A program made the translations under genes and the position numbers. DNA of 63,506 bases, filler included, from Squatina squatina (lineage: Eukaryota), in NCBI GenBank assembly GCA_031763465.1. It is 4 parts of 4 records of this genome, joined end to end, with 100 filler letters (N's around TTAATTAATTAA, not from the genome) between each part and the next. Parts side by side here need not be neighbours in the genome. Positions count along the whole stretch, not along the records: positions 36,154 to 50,354 come from JARFOE010000080.1; 3 more parts are not named here. One strand, written 5' to 3'. Shown in pieces: positions 36,305 to 48,666 of this stretch. Under the pieces are notes generated by a model. The model was not told the DNA's origin. It worked only from the letters and a program-made list of their open reading frames with translations, and searched no databases. Each line of letters starts with the position of its first letter. Position 1 is the stretch's first letter.

Positions 36305-36725
36305 GTGTCAACTGTGGCTCAAGATGGTAGCACCCTCGCCCCTGAGTCATAAAGTTGTGGGTTCGAGTCCCACTCCAGAGACTTGAGCACAAAAATCTAG
36401 GCAGACACTCCAGTGCAGTGCTGAGGGAGTGCTGCACTGTCAGGATTGCCTACTTTCAGATGAAATGTGAAACCAAGGCCCTCTCATAAAAGAGCCTATG
36501 GCACTAATTCGAAGAAGAGCAGGGGAGTTATTCCTGGTGTCCTGGCCAATATCTATCCCTAAATCAACATCACTAAAACAGATTCTTTGGGAGCTTGCTG
36601 TGCACAAAATGGCTGTCATGTTTCCTACATTACAACAGTAATTACACTTCAAAAAATAATACTGTAAAGCGCTTTGGGACGTCTGTTGGTCGTGAAAGGC
36701 ACTATATGAATCCAAGACTTTTTTC
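36305..36725 (+). mobile_element. Near full-length Deu-domain SINE (SacSINE1-like)
   Basis: Pol III A box TGGCTCAAGATGG and B box GGTTCGAGTCC; Deu core ATGGCACTAATTCGAAGAAGAGCAGGGGAGTT; L2-like tail GTAAAGCGCTTTGGGAC...AAAGGCACTATAT. Confidence 0.85.
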
Positions 36726-36865
36726 TTTTTTTATTAGTATTAAATTACAGTAGTATCATTCCTAACAAAAAAGCTATCACTGCTGAATTCTCTCTGATGA
36801 CTGGCCCTTTATGAGGTGGAACAAATGAGGATAATGGACAGTTTGGAGGCATTGGTTGAGGGGGA

Positions 36866-37062
36866 AATTTTATTCAGGACATCAGGAGAACGCTCTGTTC
36901 TTCAAATAGTGCAATGGGAACTTTTACATTCATCTTGACAGGCATCTCATTTGAAACTCCCTCAGCACTGCTCTGAAGTGTCAGCCTAGACCATATAGTG
37001 GCTTGAACCCACAAACCTCGTCCTTCAAGGTGAGAGTCCTTCAACTGAGCCAAGTTGACACT
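36866..37062 (-). mobile_element. Deu-domain SINE, internally deleted 5' half
   Basis: Reverse complement of the head (GTGTCAACTTGGCTCAGTTG...GTGGGTTCAAGCC) and the Deu core. Confidence 0.7.
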
Positions 37063-39314
37063 TATAATGATCATTTGAGCATGTGACCAAATTGGTCTCT
37101 GTAATCAGATTCCAACAAACCCTTTTACTTGGGGGTTTTAAGGGATGGGGAGAACCTGAAAGAACGGATATAAACATAATTTGAAAATGGGATTGAAAAA
37201 AGAAATGTTACTTACACAACAATCCTAATTTACAACAAACATAATCAGAGGTTGAACTGACGACAAGCATGGGCTTAAAGTCAAGTATTATTGTGTGAAA
37301 GCAGTGGCTCAAAATATTCCAGTCTATCTTTAAACAAATACTTCCACTATATATTAGAGTCTACAACTCACCAAACCAAAGAAAATGCATCCTAATTGAA
37401 CAACATCAGTATATGCCACTGAATACAGTCCCCCAAGTAATGTATAAATCATTGCCACACAGGCTGAGATCACCACTGAGAGATTCTTATTTAGATCCAG
37501 AATGACACCAGAAGTCGTACCTGAGTAAAAAGGTGAAATTGTTATTCCATTAACAAAACAATATTTGGTAGAAAAGAGCAGGTTTACATTAGACTAACAA
37601 TAGCACCTCTGAAAATCCACAGGCCTTCTGATGCAGTCAGGCGATACACCCATAGCGGCAAGGGTGCCTGCCAGCAAAAATGTTAATTAGGGAACCTCCC
37701 ACTGATTGTAGATACTTCAGTGGGAGTGCTGTGGAAGTCCATAAATTAGGCTGGAACCTGGATACACTGGGTCCTGGCCTGTGTTGAAAGTGTCTGCGGG
37801 GACTTGTTGAGGGTGGAAACACTGTGCACCCTAAACGTGATCCCCAGTGTTAGAGGGGATATGGCCAGGGAGAAAGGCACTCCCAGGCTGAGAGTTTATT
37901 TGGGCCTCCAGCCACTGGCATGTTGGCTGAAAAGAGGGAGACAGGTATCAAGGTTGGTGGAAGTGGGGCCCATTGATGGATCAAGGCCTGGGTGTAACCT
38001 GGACCCCCCCCCCCCCTCAAAGGACTTCACCAGTCTTCGGCCTCATTCCTACCACCCGCCCCCAATCTGGTGCATATCCAATGCAGCTACCAGCAAAATG
38101 TTAAATAGGATACCTCCCAACTGACCCTGAATATTCCTGCGGCATCAGTGGCGTGGTGGTGGGCGGATCCCATCACTTTTCCCAGGATCAAAGACCAACA
38201 GATATTCGAGCCCAATGTCCTTTCTTNNNNNNNNNNNNNNNNNNNNNNNNNNNNNNNNNNNNNNNNNNNNNNNNNNNNNNNNNNNNNNNNNNNNNNNNNN
38301 NNNNNNNNNNNNNNNNNNNNNNNNNNGGAGATTAATCTTCAAATCCTGAAGCCTCCAGGCCATTCCTGGAGGCTTGACAACTCTAAGTTTCGTATATCTA
38401 CCAAGTTAACCGAAACACTCATCTGCAAATTGCTCTTCAAAATTTCACAACCAGAAAGACTTCCAGTTGATCACCAGGAGATTGGCAGCAAAAACGAAGA
38501 GTTATGTTGTTGCCTTCAGCCAAGTGAGAAGTGGTCGTGAATGAGCTGGTACTTGGAAAATCTTACGCAAGAAGTTTCCTCGTGGCGACTCCGATTCCAT
38601 CGCTGCATTTCGGTCCAAGTGTAGCGGTAACCCCATTAACACACGCCAATGAGGTTTCTACCGCCCTTCCAGCCAAGTTAAAGCAGTCGAGCAGGAGCAG
38701 CTCTGAGGAAATTCCGGCTACACTTAAGTCTTTAATAACATGGAGCTCACCATTATCAAGTTCACTTATGTGGGAAAAGTGATCAGCAAGTTTGGGTCAA
38801 GAAGTGGAGCTCATTATATGGGTGCTTACAATAATGCATATGGAATCGACATAGTGTCGACCTGACGACCAAGGTGAAGGTCCAGAATTAAGTGTCCATT
38901 CCAACACTCTTTTGTAGTCTGCAAGGCATGAACGGACTTACAGGGAGCAATAACTTGACAAATTCCACACGCCACCTACAATCAACACTATGATGCCGAT
39001 TTTTGACTTCCGGTGCACTCTTCCTCAGATTCGTAACACTGTTAAAACAGACCTTGTATGCTTTTAAATCCCAGTGGATAGGGACTCAATACACAGAAAC
39101 TGTAAGCAAATATTCTATGGCTTGAGGGAAAAAAGAACAGTCTGAATGATTGCTCTTTTAAAATCAACTTCATTCATTAAAAGTGGGAGAAAGAATATTT
39201 TATTTGAATGCAATATGAAGCAATGCCAAGGTGGTGCAAAACTTGGGTGTTTCTCACTAGACCGCCAGGCAACTTACCACTAAAAATTATAACTAGGTAT
39301 TGTACATTGAAAAC

Positions 39315-39525
39315 TTCTGTTTTATGACTTGTTCAAGGGAAGTGGCTGACGCAGGCAAGGCCACATTTTGTTGCTCTGAGAAGGTGCAGTCCTTGTGGTG
39401 ATTGTACTCCCACAATGATGTTACATATAGAATTCTGGGAGTTTTTGTTCCAGTGATGATGAAGCAATATGGCCAAGCTAGGATGGATGGTATGTCACAT
39501 GGAGGTGATGGTGTTCCCATAATAT
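39315..39525 (-). mobile_element. LINE/SINE 3' tail
   Basis: Degenerate reverse complement of the 16645-16817 family. Confidence 0.55.
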
Positions 39526-41463
39526 TNNNNNNNNNNNNNNNNNNNNNNNNNNNNNNNNNNNNNNNNNNNNNNNNNNNNNNNNNNNNNNNNNNNNNNNNNN
39601 NNNNNNNNNNNNNNNNNNNNNNNNNNNNNNNNNNNNNNNNNNNNNNNNNNNNNNNNNNNNNNNNNNNNNNNNNNNNNNNNNNNNNNNACAAAACTAAACT
39701 GAACTAATGTTGCAGAAGGCAGAATTAGTTCAGGGTTTTCTGTAGTTTATACACAATTACAATTAGTTTAGTACTTTAAAGCATTTTGTTGCAAAATTTG
39801 TCTAATATGCTGCTACACAATCTACACTGAAATAGTAATGTCTACCCTGCAGACACACACAGAGCTATGTTGCTAGTGTGCAGTGTTGTCGATAGGATCT
39901 CAATAAAATGCAACAGTTCATGTGTGAAACTTTCATATTATATCCACTCACAGTGTAAAGAAAAGTAATATAATTCTAGATCCTAATGGGGGTTGTTTCT
40001 GGAGAGACTATTTTGAGCTTTATAGCACAAAGGTAAAGTACTGGTAGTTATAGGTCCGTCACTGGTGATGGAATTAATTTGAGCGGACAAGTTAAGAGTA
40101 ACACCAAATATTAAAGCATAATGGCTTCATTGTGATTTTTTTTCCTATGACATATTAGTATTAGGGCACTAAATAGGCCTAGTGACAACACTAGATGAGG
40201 TTACACACAAATTTATAAGACCTAATTATTAGGCCTGATGTGACTTCAGTGCAGAGATGACCTGGTCCTGGTTTAAACCTATTCTGTAGATCAGGAGCAG
40301 ACCTTATGAGAAAGTCTAACACAAGTTTACTTCACTTCCTATTATTAAAAAAAAGTGATGTGGTGAAGTTTTATTTAATTTAAAGAATTCACATCCTTGG
40401 CCACTAAGGACAGTATGTGCGTACCCTGTTAAAACTAGCCTGTTAAACATTTACACCCACCATCTGCCATCCCCTCATGCAGCACAAGATAAAAGTTAAT
40501 GACAGCAGCATATTTTAAAGTGATTAATGTTGACTATCGGTTTGCCAAGTACAAACGCTGATGGTGATCATCATATGTGGGATGAAAAAGACATCCCACC
40601 TCACAAAAAGAACTCCACCTGTTCAATCCAGCAAAAGAACTTAAATGTTAAAAGACTGGACCTAACTGAATCACAAAGTGTATTATCGAATGATGTACAT
40701 TTTGAAATTGTTAATTTAAATCGAAGATGTAAAACATGAGCTTGAATTTGTCAACTCGAAGATGTGAAGGATGATATCCACAATAAATAGACAAAATGGT
40801 AGAATTAGGAAGGGATGTGATAGTAAAGAATAGAAAATATGTACCAAGAGATGGGGATGATGGGGAACAGTGAGAGCTGACAGGATAGCTGGGAATAGGA
40901 GCCACAACAAGGTCAGCAGGAGTAAACAGAATAGATATAGAAAGTATGTGGGAACACGATGAGGTAATGAAGAGGCAATTACAAAGACTATTGGCAAACA
41001 ATGAGTCTAACCAGAATCACGACCTTGATAGAGGTATCATGTGTAGTCTCTGTGTGACATTTGTGATGAATGTGGTACAGAAGGGACTGGACAACACAGA
41101 AGGTAATCAGATCCCTTTATTTATGAAGGACAACTGGGAACAAATGGTTTAAAGGAACCAAGACATAGACTGAGATGTGATGCAGCAAATGGGAATGGGG
41201 TTTTTGACCCCTATGGAAAGGAAAAGAAATGAAGATATTAGACCAGTGGAATTGGTTTTGCCTTTAAGAAAAAATGGAAATGAAATCGAACCTTGGAAGG
41301 TGTATCGGGTAGAATCGGTCCCAATGGTGGAGACTCTGAGTTAGGTCTGATCCATAAACAGTGTGAGGAATATCCGAGTTATCTGATTAAGAAGGAAGGA
41401 ACTTGGATAGCACCAGATATGCAGTGTTATATGCTGAAAGGAACATCTTGAGTTTATAGATGT

Positions 41464-41820
41464 GACTGGACAGACTAGATACAGGAACGATGTTTCCAAT
41501 GGTGGGGAAGTCCAGAACCAGGGGTCACAGCCTAAGGATAAGGGGTAAGCCATTGAGGACTGAGATGAGGAGAAATTCATTCATCCAGAGAGTGGTGAAC
41601 CTGTGGAATTCTCCACTACAGAAGAGAGTTGAGGCCAAGTCAATACATATATTCAAGAAGGAGTTAGATACAGTTTTTATTGCTGAAGAGATCAAGGGAT
41701 AGGGAGAAAAGCAGGAACAGGGTACTGAATTTAGTTGATCAGCCATGATCCAATTGAATGACAGAGCAGGCTCGAAGGGCCGAATGGCCTACTCCTGCTC
41801 CTATTTTCTATGTTTCTATG
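41464..41820 (+). mobile_element. 5'-truncated CR1 LINE
   Basis: MFPMVGKSRTRGHSLRIRGKPLRTEMRRNSFIQRVVNLWNS plus the TTTCTATG tail. Confidence 0.88.
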
Positions 41821-41929
41821 GAATCTGACTAAGAAGGGAGGAGCTTGGATAGCACCAGATATGCAGTGTTGTATTCTGAAAGTAACAACTTGGGTTTTGT
41901 AGATGTTACATATTAATATACACAGTAAA

Positions 41930-42670
41930 TGTAGATCACTGAGAAGTGTGGAGGAACAGATGGACCTTGGAGAGCATGTCCGCAGATCCCTGAAGGTAGC
42001 AGGACAGGTAGATAAGGTGGTTAAGAAGGCAAACGGGATACTTGCCTTTATCATCTGAGGGATAGAAAATAAGATCGGGGAGGTTATGCTTGAACTGTGT
42101 AAAACACTAGATAGGCCATAGCTAGAGTACTGTGTGCAGTTCTGGTCAGCACATTACAGGAAGGATGTGATTGCAACAGAGAGGGTACACAGGAGATTTA
42201 CGATGATGTTGCCTGGTCTGGAGAATTTTAGCGATGAGGAAAGATTGGATCGGCTGGGGTTGTTTACTTTGGAACAGCGGATGCTGAGGGGAGACCTAAT
42301 TGAGGTGTATAAAATTATGAGGGGTCTAGATAGAGTAGATAGGAAGGACCTATTCCCCTTAGCTGAGGAGTCAATAACCAGGGGCTTAGAGTTAAAGTAA
42401 GTGGTAGGAGGTTTAGAGGGGATTTGAGGAGAATTTTTTTCACCCAGAGGGTGGTGGGGTCTGGAGTTCACTGCCTGAAAGTGTGGAAGATGCAGAAACA
42501 TCATAGCATTTAAAAAGTACTTCGATGTGTACTTGATGTGCCGTAACCTGCAAGACTACGGACCAAGAGCTGGAAAGTGGGATTAGGCGGGAAAGCTCTT
42601 TGTCGGCTGGCATCGACACGATGGACCGAATGGCCTCCTTCTGTGCTGTAAATTTCGATGATTCTATGAT
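41930..42670 (+). mobile_element. 5'-truncated CR1 LINE
   Basis: LEYCVQFWSAHYRKDVIATERVHRRFT..LGLFTLEQRMLRGDLIEVYKIMRGLD plus the ATTCTATG tail. Confidence 0.9.
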
Positions 42671-44097
42671 CTACATATTGTTCCAGTTTGTGGGTTCACC
42701 CACGACAAATTATCGGCAAAATGTCAGGTTGGAATAAATAAATGGAAAAGGAAAAGGACAGTATTGTGTGACTACTACTGCCACTTGTATGACTGTGGAT
42801 TCAACCCAATGCCCCACACTAGAACATCACTTTTGTTTGATTCCTAGGAGAAATAGGCGTATCAGTGCTGAAACGTTGGTACTGGTCCATCATCATAACG
42901 CCACTTATCTGCAGATGAGGCTGGCTCTGGAGAATGAAGCTATTGGAGCCATTCCACACATGGGACACTATAGACCTCCCCTGTCTCTGGCTTCAAAGTT
43001 CATCATTGAGTGAATTAGGATGTCCCAGAAACATATATTGCAAATGATGCAGACAAACAGAGAGACAGAGCAGGCAATCCCGAGTCTTGGGAATCATGAA
43101 TAGTGGGAAGTAGTATCTAGTGTGGAACGACATCCTTGAGCTGGATTGTTCCAGATGGGATTGGTGATCGCACAGATAATAGCTTCAGGGATTCTGGTCA
43201 TTGTATTATTATGTGTAAGGAAGTCNNNNNNNNNNNNNNNNNNNNNNNNNNNNNNNNNNNNNNNNNNNNNNNNNNNNNNNNNNNNNNNNNNNNNNNNNNN
43301 NNNNNNNNNNNNNNNNNNNNNNNNNACCATGTGGATAACTTACAGACCACAGGCGTGCAAGTCAAAGCACCTCAACCTTCCCAGGTGGACCAAACAACTA
43401 GAATTGAAGAAGTGAGTATTTGTTTCGTTTATTTAGGTTTATTCAGGGGGTGCAACGATTATACGTCACTTTCCTCTGTAATGTGATCTTTTGTGATTGG
43501 TGTAAGTTGGAACTATTCTGGTACTTCATGACTGGTGAGTCTTTCACCACATGTGTCCAGCTCCAAAATTCTTATATAAAATGATGACTAATCCATTTAT
43601 GGACCAGAAACAAACAGAATAAAAAAAGTGATTTATTGAGTCTACTAACCACTGCACCTCCAGTCTTTACATCATCTACATAAGTTAATAAATCTCCATT
43701 TCAGTAGGAGAGGACAAATTAGCACCTTTGGATACTGCTGTCTTTTAATCCTGATCAGGGTAAGTGATTTAAAAAAAAAGTAATGGATTCCCTTCCCATA
43801 ACCCTCTGCTGCCCCCTCCCACCCCACCCCACCCTGTGATGCAGTTCGTGCAGTGCCTCCCGATGTACAGTGCATTTCAGGTCACTTGCTGAATTCTGTG
43901 CAAAAGATGATACTTGAGACCCATGACCAAGTTTCTGTGAATGCGATGGTGCACGGATTCCAAAACNNNNNNNNCAAGTACAGCTGGAGTCAAGTGACAA
44001 AAGTAATTGGATAAATAATGTTCTGGTCTTTGTAATAAGGCACAGTTCAAGTCATCTGAGGCACTTTGGAGTTGGCTGAAATGTAACTTGGTGCAGA

Positions 44098-44397
44098 TCA
44101 AACCTCAGAGCTGTCGCTGTGATAACTCTGTGCAGTCATGGCCTCGTTGCTGGGTGATTTCATGTAGTCTGCTTTCTTATCTGATTGCTTCCTGCGTTTC
44201 AGCAAGAGGACGACGATAATAATGACACAAATAGCTAGTAATAAGGCAGCGATCCCTCCAATAATGGGAACATTGCCATCTTCGTCGCCTCGGTCATTTG
44301 GTGACCTAGCAACAGCTCCTTCAGGGAAGATCTCTTCCTCAACAACCTGCTTCCGCCTGAGGATGTCTGGAGCGGTGTGGTGACTCAGCTGGCCCTT
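44098..44397 (-). CDS. FREM2: FRAS1-related extracellular matrix protein (FREM2, or TM-bearing FREM3 paralog): TM helix and cytoplasmic tail
   Basis: VPIIGGIAALLLAICVIIIVVLLL-KRRK...SNEAMTAQSYHSDSSEV* versus the recalled FREM2 end SSEPMVPPQSHHNDSSEV (PDZ-binding SEV). Paralog and 5' boundary are uncertain. Confidence 0.7.
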   Translation of the reverse strand, partial: KGQLSHHTAPDILRRKQVVEEEIFPEGAVARSPNDRGDEDGNVPIIGGIAALLLAICVIIIVVLLLKRRKQSDKKADYMKSPSNEAMTAQSYHSDSSEV

Positions 44398-45579
44398 CCA
44401 TATCAGGAGATGAAGGCAAGCCATGTCTGGAAGAGACAATGGCATAAATGGTACATAAAGGTAAGGCCCGATGGCAGATCTCAGAACTGAGGCCTCCAGA
44501 GCAGCACAGCAAAGGTTTCATGGGGACAAAACAAGGAGGAATAGCCATCGTTAAATCTGTGCCATGTCACTCACCCTCATCCTCAGGGGGAGCATGACAC
44601 CTCCCTTGCAATGGGCTGACCAATCTCTGCGTCGATGATTCCGGTCATATAATTTTCCAGGACTGACAATTGTACCTCCTCTCCCTCCTCAGCTCCTCCC
44701 TGATTTTGCTGTGCCCTGATGGCCGCCAGTTTAGCCTGCATATATAAGGACAAGTGCATTAAAGCCTACCCTTCGCTTTTAACTTGCAACTTCATGTCAT
44801 GGGCAAGAGGCTGTGTGCAATGCCCACTGGGCGCGATTAAGCAGGGTTCCACTTTAAGCACGTCATCAAGAATCTGAATTCTATGGCACATTACAAATGA
44901 GACACTTAGACATGAGGTGGCCATTGGTGAAAGAGTCAGACTNNNNNNNNNNNNNNNNNNNNNNNNNNNNNNNNNNNNNNNNNNNNNNNNNNNNNNNNNN
45001 NNNNNNNNNNNNNNNNNNNNNNNNNNNNNNNNNNNNNNNNNNTGGGATATTATCCAGGTGGTACATGAGGCGAGGGAAGCTGCTTTGCCTGCCTGTGTCG
45101 GATTCGAGGTGATGGTCAGTGGCCGAGAGGAGGTGGAGAGACTTTTACTGAGATTGCAGGTTGGTGATAAGTTCTTAGGTGTATTCCGAAGAGGTGGTGG
45201 TCTCACTCTTAAACCTGCCGGTTTATATTGCGGACAAGGTGCTAATAAAAATGTTGTTTTTCTTGTTAATAGCAGGAGTCTCACTTACCCTACAATTAGC
45301 AATGAGACTACCTGACACCTATTTTCATTTGTGAGTAGTAGGTTAGATTTCTATATTTTCACAGAGAACATCCAGTCAAGGTTCTTTAAGACTTTAAAGG
45401 AAGGACATGTTTTGACTTTGATTACATCATCTGTTATTTCCCCTCAGATGCAAATATTTCATTGTGTTATGGTGCAGGAAAGATGCATTTGTGCCTGTTA
45501 CAATGTTTTTGTCCCTGTACTGCTGTCACCTGCACTCTGGAGAACGGACGAGGGGGATTACATTGGAACAGTTACAAAA

Positions 45580-45734
45580 TCATAGAACAGTACAACACAG
45601 GAGGAGGCCATTCAGTCCATCGAGTCCGTGGCGGTTCTTTCGAAGAGCAATCCAGGCAATCCCACTCCCCCGCTCTTTCCCCATATCCCTGCAATTTTTT
45701 TTCTCCTTCAAGTATTTATCCAATTCCCTTTTGA
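45580..45734 (-). mobile_element. CR1 3' tail
   Basis: CATAGAACAGTACAACACAGGAGGAGGCCATTCAG...; translates KRELDKYLK. Confidence 0.75.
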
Positions 45735-48666
45735 NNNNNNNNNNGTGCATTCCAAATCCAAACCACTCGTTGCGTAAAAAGGAAGAAGTTGGTGCTTTCC
45801 GGAGAGGGGAAAAGAGTAAAATGAGCTGTGCAAAAAAAAGAAACTCACTCACCAGGATGCAACATAACAAAGAGACCACGGAATCGTGCATCAGTACGGA
45901 AGTTCACAACCAAGCGTCCTTCACTGTTGATCCGCATGCTAGTTGGGTAAAGGGCACCTGTCAGCAGACAACAGGCATGCTTATCAGATTAGGNNNNNNN
46001 NNNNNNNNNNNNNNNNNNNNNNNNNNNNNNNNNNNNNNNNNNNNNNNNNNNNNNNNNNNNNNNNNNNNNNNNNNNNNNNNNNNNNNNNNNNNNNNNNNNN
46101 NNNNNNNNNNNNNNNNNNNNNNNNNNNNNNNNNNNNNNNNNNNNNNNNNNNNNNNNNNNNNNNNNNNNNNNNNNNNNNNNNNNNNNNNNNNNNNNNNNNN
46201 NNNNNNNNNNNNNNNNNNNNNNNNNNNNNNNNNNNNNNNNNNNNNNNNNNNNNNNNNNNNNNNNNNNNNNNNNNNNNNNNNNNNNNNNNNNNNNNNNNNN
46301 NNNNNNNNNNNNNNNNNNNNNNNNNNNNNNNNNNNNNNNNNNNNNNNNNNNNNNNNNNNNNNNNNNNNNNNNNNNNNNNNNNNNNNNNNNNNNNNNNNNN
46401 NNNNNNNNNNNNNNNNNNNNNNNNNNNNNNNNNNNNNNNNNNNNNNNNNNNNNNNNNNNNNNNNNNNNNNNNNNNNNNNNNNNNNNNNNNNNNNNNNNNN
46501 NNNNNNNNNNNNNNNNNNNNNNNNNNNNNNNNNNNNNNNNNNNNNNNNNNNNNNNNNNNNNNNNNNNNNNNNNNNNNNNNNNNNNNNNNNNNNNNNNNNN
46601 NNNNNNNNNNNNNNNNNNNNNNNNNNNNNNNNNNNNNNNNNNNNNNNNNNNNNNNNNNNNNNNNNNNNNNNNNNNNNNNNNNNNNNNNNNNNNNNNNNNN
46701 NNNNNNNNNNNNNNNNNNNNNNNNNNNNNNNNNNNNNNNNNNNNNNNNNNNNNNNNNNNNNNNNNNNNNNNNNNNNNNNNNNNNNNNNNNNNNNNNNNNN
46801 NNNNNNNNNNNNNNNNNNNNNNNNNNNNNNNNNNNNCCACCATAACTCCAGTGGGAGACCAGCTGAATCGGCAAAAAAAATTCAGAAATGGCCGTTGCTG
46901 CTGATTCCTACGGTTCTGCTTGTCTTCAGCTAGAGTTACAGGTGGAGCTCCTGTGAAATTTCAGACTCACAATGAGTTTTAAATATTCTCACAAACTAGT
47001 TACATTTGTGGTGTAAAACTCGCTAATAAATCATACAGGATGCTTTGTGGTGACACCATTCCTAAATCAACATTCATGCACTGTTGGAATGGTGCTATTG
47101 TGGGACAATTATTCTCTATAAAGGATACAAATTTCACCATTGCATCCAGACTGAGCCATAACTAGTATTTAATGCAATATTGAGGATTCTGTTTATACTA
47201 TTAACATTGTCAATTTAATCCTGCTACTGAATTTTTAAAAATCAGTGCATCTTGAAGTGTGTTAAGCTGCAGTTTGCTGCAAGATCCAAGATAGCAATGG
47301 CATTCTGTGTTCAGTGAGGAACAACTGACAGGAGCAGTTCCACTTGGCGGAAGTATACTTCCTGCTTGACAATCAGTGTGGGGCTGACAGCGTCTGTGGA
47401 GAATTCCTTGTTCCTGATCAGCTAGACAAGGAAATACAGTAGCCTAATTTGGGAGGAGGAGAAAGTGAACTACTCATCCCACTTTGCATTGGAGAGTTTT
47501 GCAAGATTTACCAACACTATCTTAGATTTATAGATTCCACGGTATAAAATATTTTAGTGTTTTTACACAAAGTAAAAGAAGTAATGGTCAGGTGACATCA
47601 GACTAGGCTTTTAAAAACATTTAGATTGTAGGAGGAAGCAAAATTATTTTTAACCATGGTTTCATATGGAAGATTGGGATTAAATGCATGGTATCCTTGA
47701 CATGAACATTGAACATTCTGAAACATTTCACATTATAATTTAATTATTAGTGCTGTTTTAAATACTGACATAATATGAAGCTCAGTTTTTCAACTTAAAA
47801 TCCTGACACTAAGTATAATTTTACATGGCTGGGATTAGTACAGTGATTATCACTTTATCAAATTAAAATCTGTAACATTGCTCTATCAAAATAACCAAAG
47901 CAACAATTTTTTTAAGTCTTTTTTCCTACACCTTGATATGGTCTGATTAAATCCTAACATTAGGTTGAAGCGTAAATAGTTCAATGCAGAATGGATGATT
48001 TATAAGCCAAGTAGGCAATGTTGTAATATAATTCTTCAGAAATTTTTTTTTAGAAATATTGTCCTTTTGAATTCAGACTTTGCTCGTGTCCTTCAAGCCT
48101 AATGCACAATACGTGAGGTACCAGACTTCAGACAGATTCTAAACCAACACAACATTCCATCGATCAATGTGACAGAAAGTCAGACTCTCTCAATGTATAA
48201 AATGAAATGGCTGAAATATCAAGGCACTTCTACACCCTTTGCCATATAACAAAAACAATTATTGCTATTAATCATCCAGTAACATTCCATTCTAATTTAA
48301 CTGATATTGATAGAAAGAAACTGCATTACAAAAATAATATAAAAGGTTTTTGAACTGACAATTCTGCCACTTCAAACAGCCACCAACAGAACACAACAGA
48401 TTGCAAACGTGTCTTTTCCCCACAATGTTAATTAACTCTCGATAAATCCCAAACCTGTTCAAGACTTTAATAGTGCTCATATTTCTGGGCAGTTTTTCTA
48501 ACACTTCTCTTAGTGTCCTACAAGATATAATAAAAAGCCTGACATCTCATAGGTGTTTCCTTCTTTATCTTTTAAGCTTCCAATCTTTATCGTGCTCTCT
48601 CTGCTACAATTTTTATTTTCTCTCTCTTTGTTCACCAAAGCCCTAAATAATTGCAGCACGACTTAC

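Larger units (their letters stand above)
40527..43225 (+). pseudogene. Decayed class I fusion glycoprotein (env/F-like) of an LTR retroelement or endogenous virus, split by two CR1 insertions
   Basis: Read through stops: putative cleavage site and fusion peptide GEQ*ELTG*LGIGATTRSAGVNRIDIESM; heptad-like DEVMKRQLQRLL; Cys-rich VCGF..C..GKGQYCVTTTATC....QCP..HHFCLIP; second heptad; HE*W...HP*; TM LFQMGLVIAQIIASGILVIVLLC-VRK. Confidence 0.62.

Noticed and set aside
36312-36385. tRNA gene
   Set aside because: A and B boxes belong to a SINE head continuing into the Deu domain; no full cloverleaf seen.
45043-45245. Ser/Pro/Thr-rich minus-strand frame
   Set aside because: Low complexity, truncated by a gap and not assignable to a gene.
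29380-46933. Long ORFs of 280-500 aa in the ORF track that are mostly X
   Set aside because: They run through N gaps. Only the NRIP1 and macB segments have real coding evidence.
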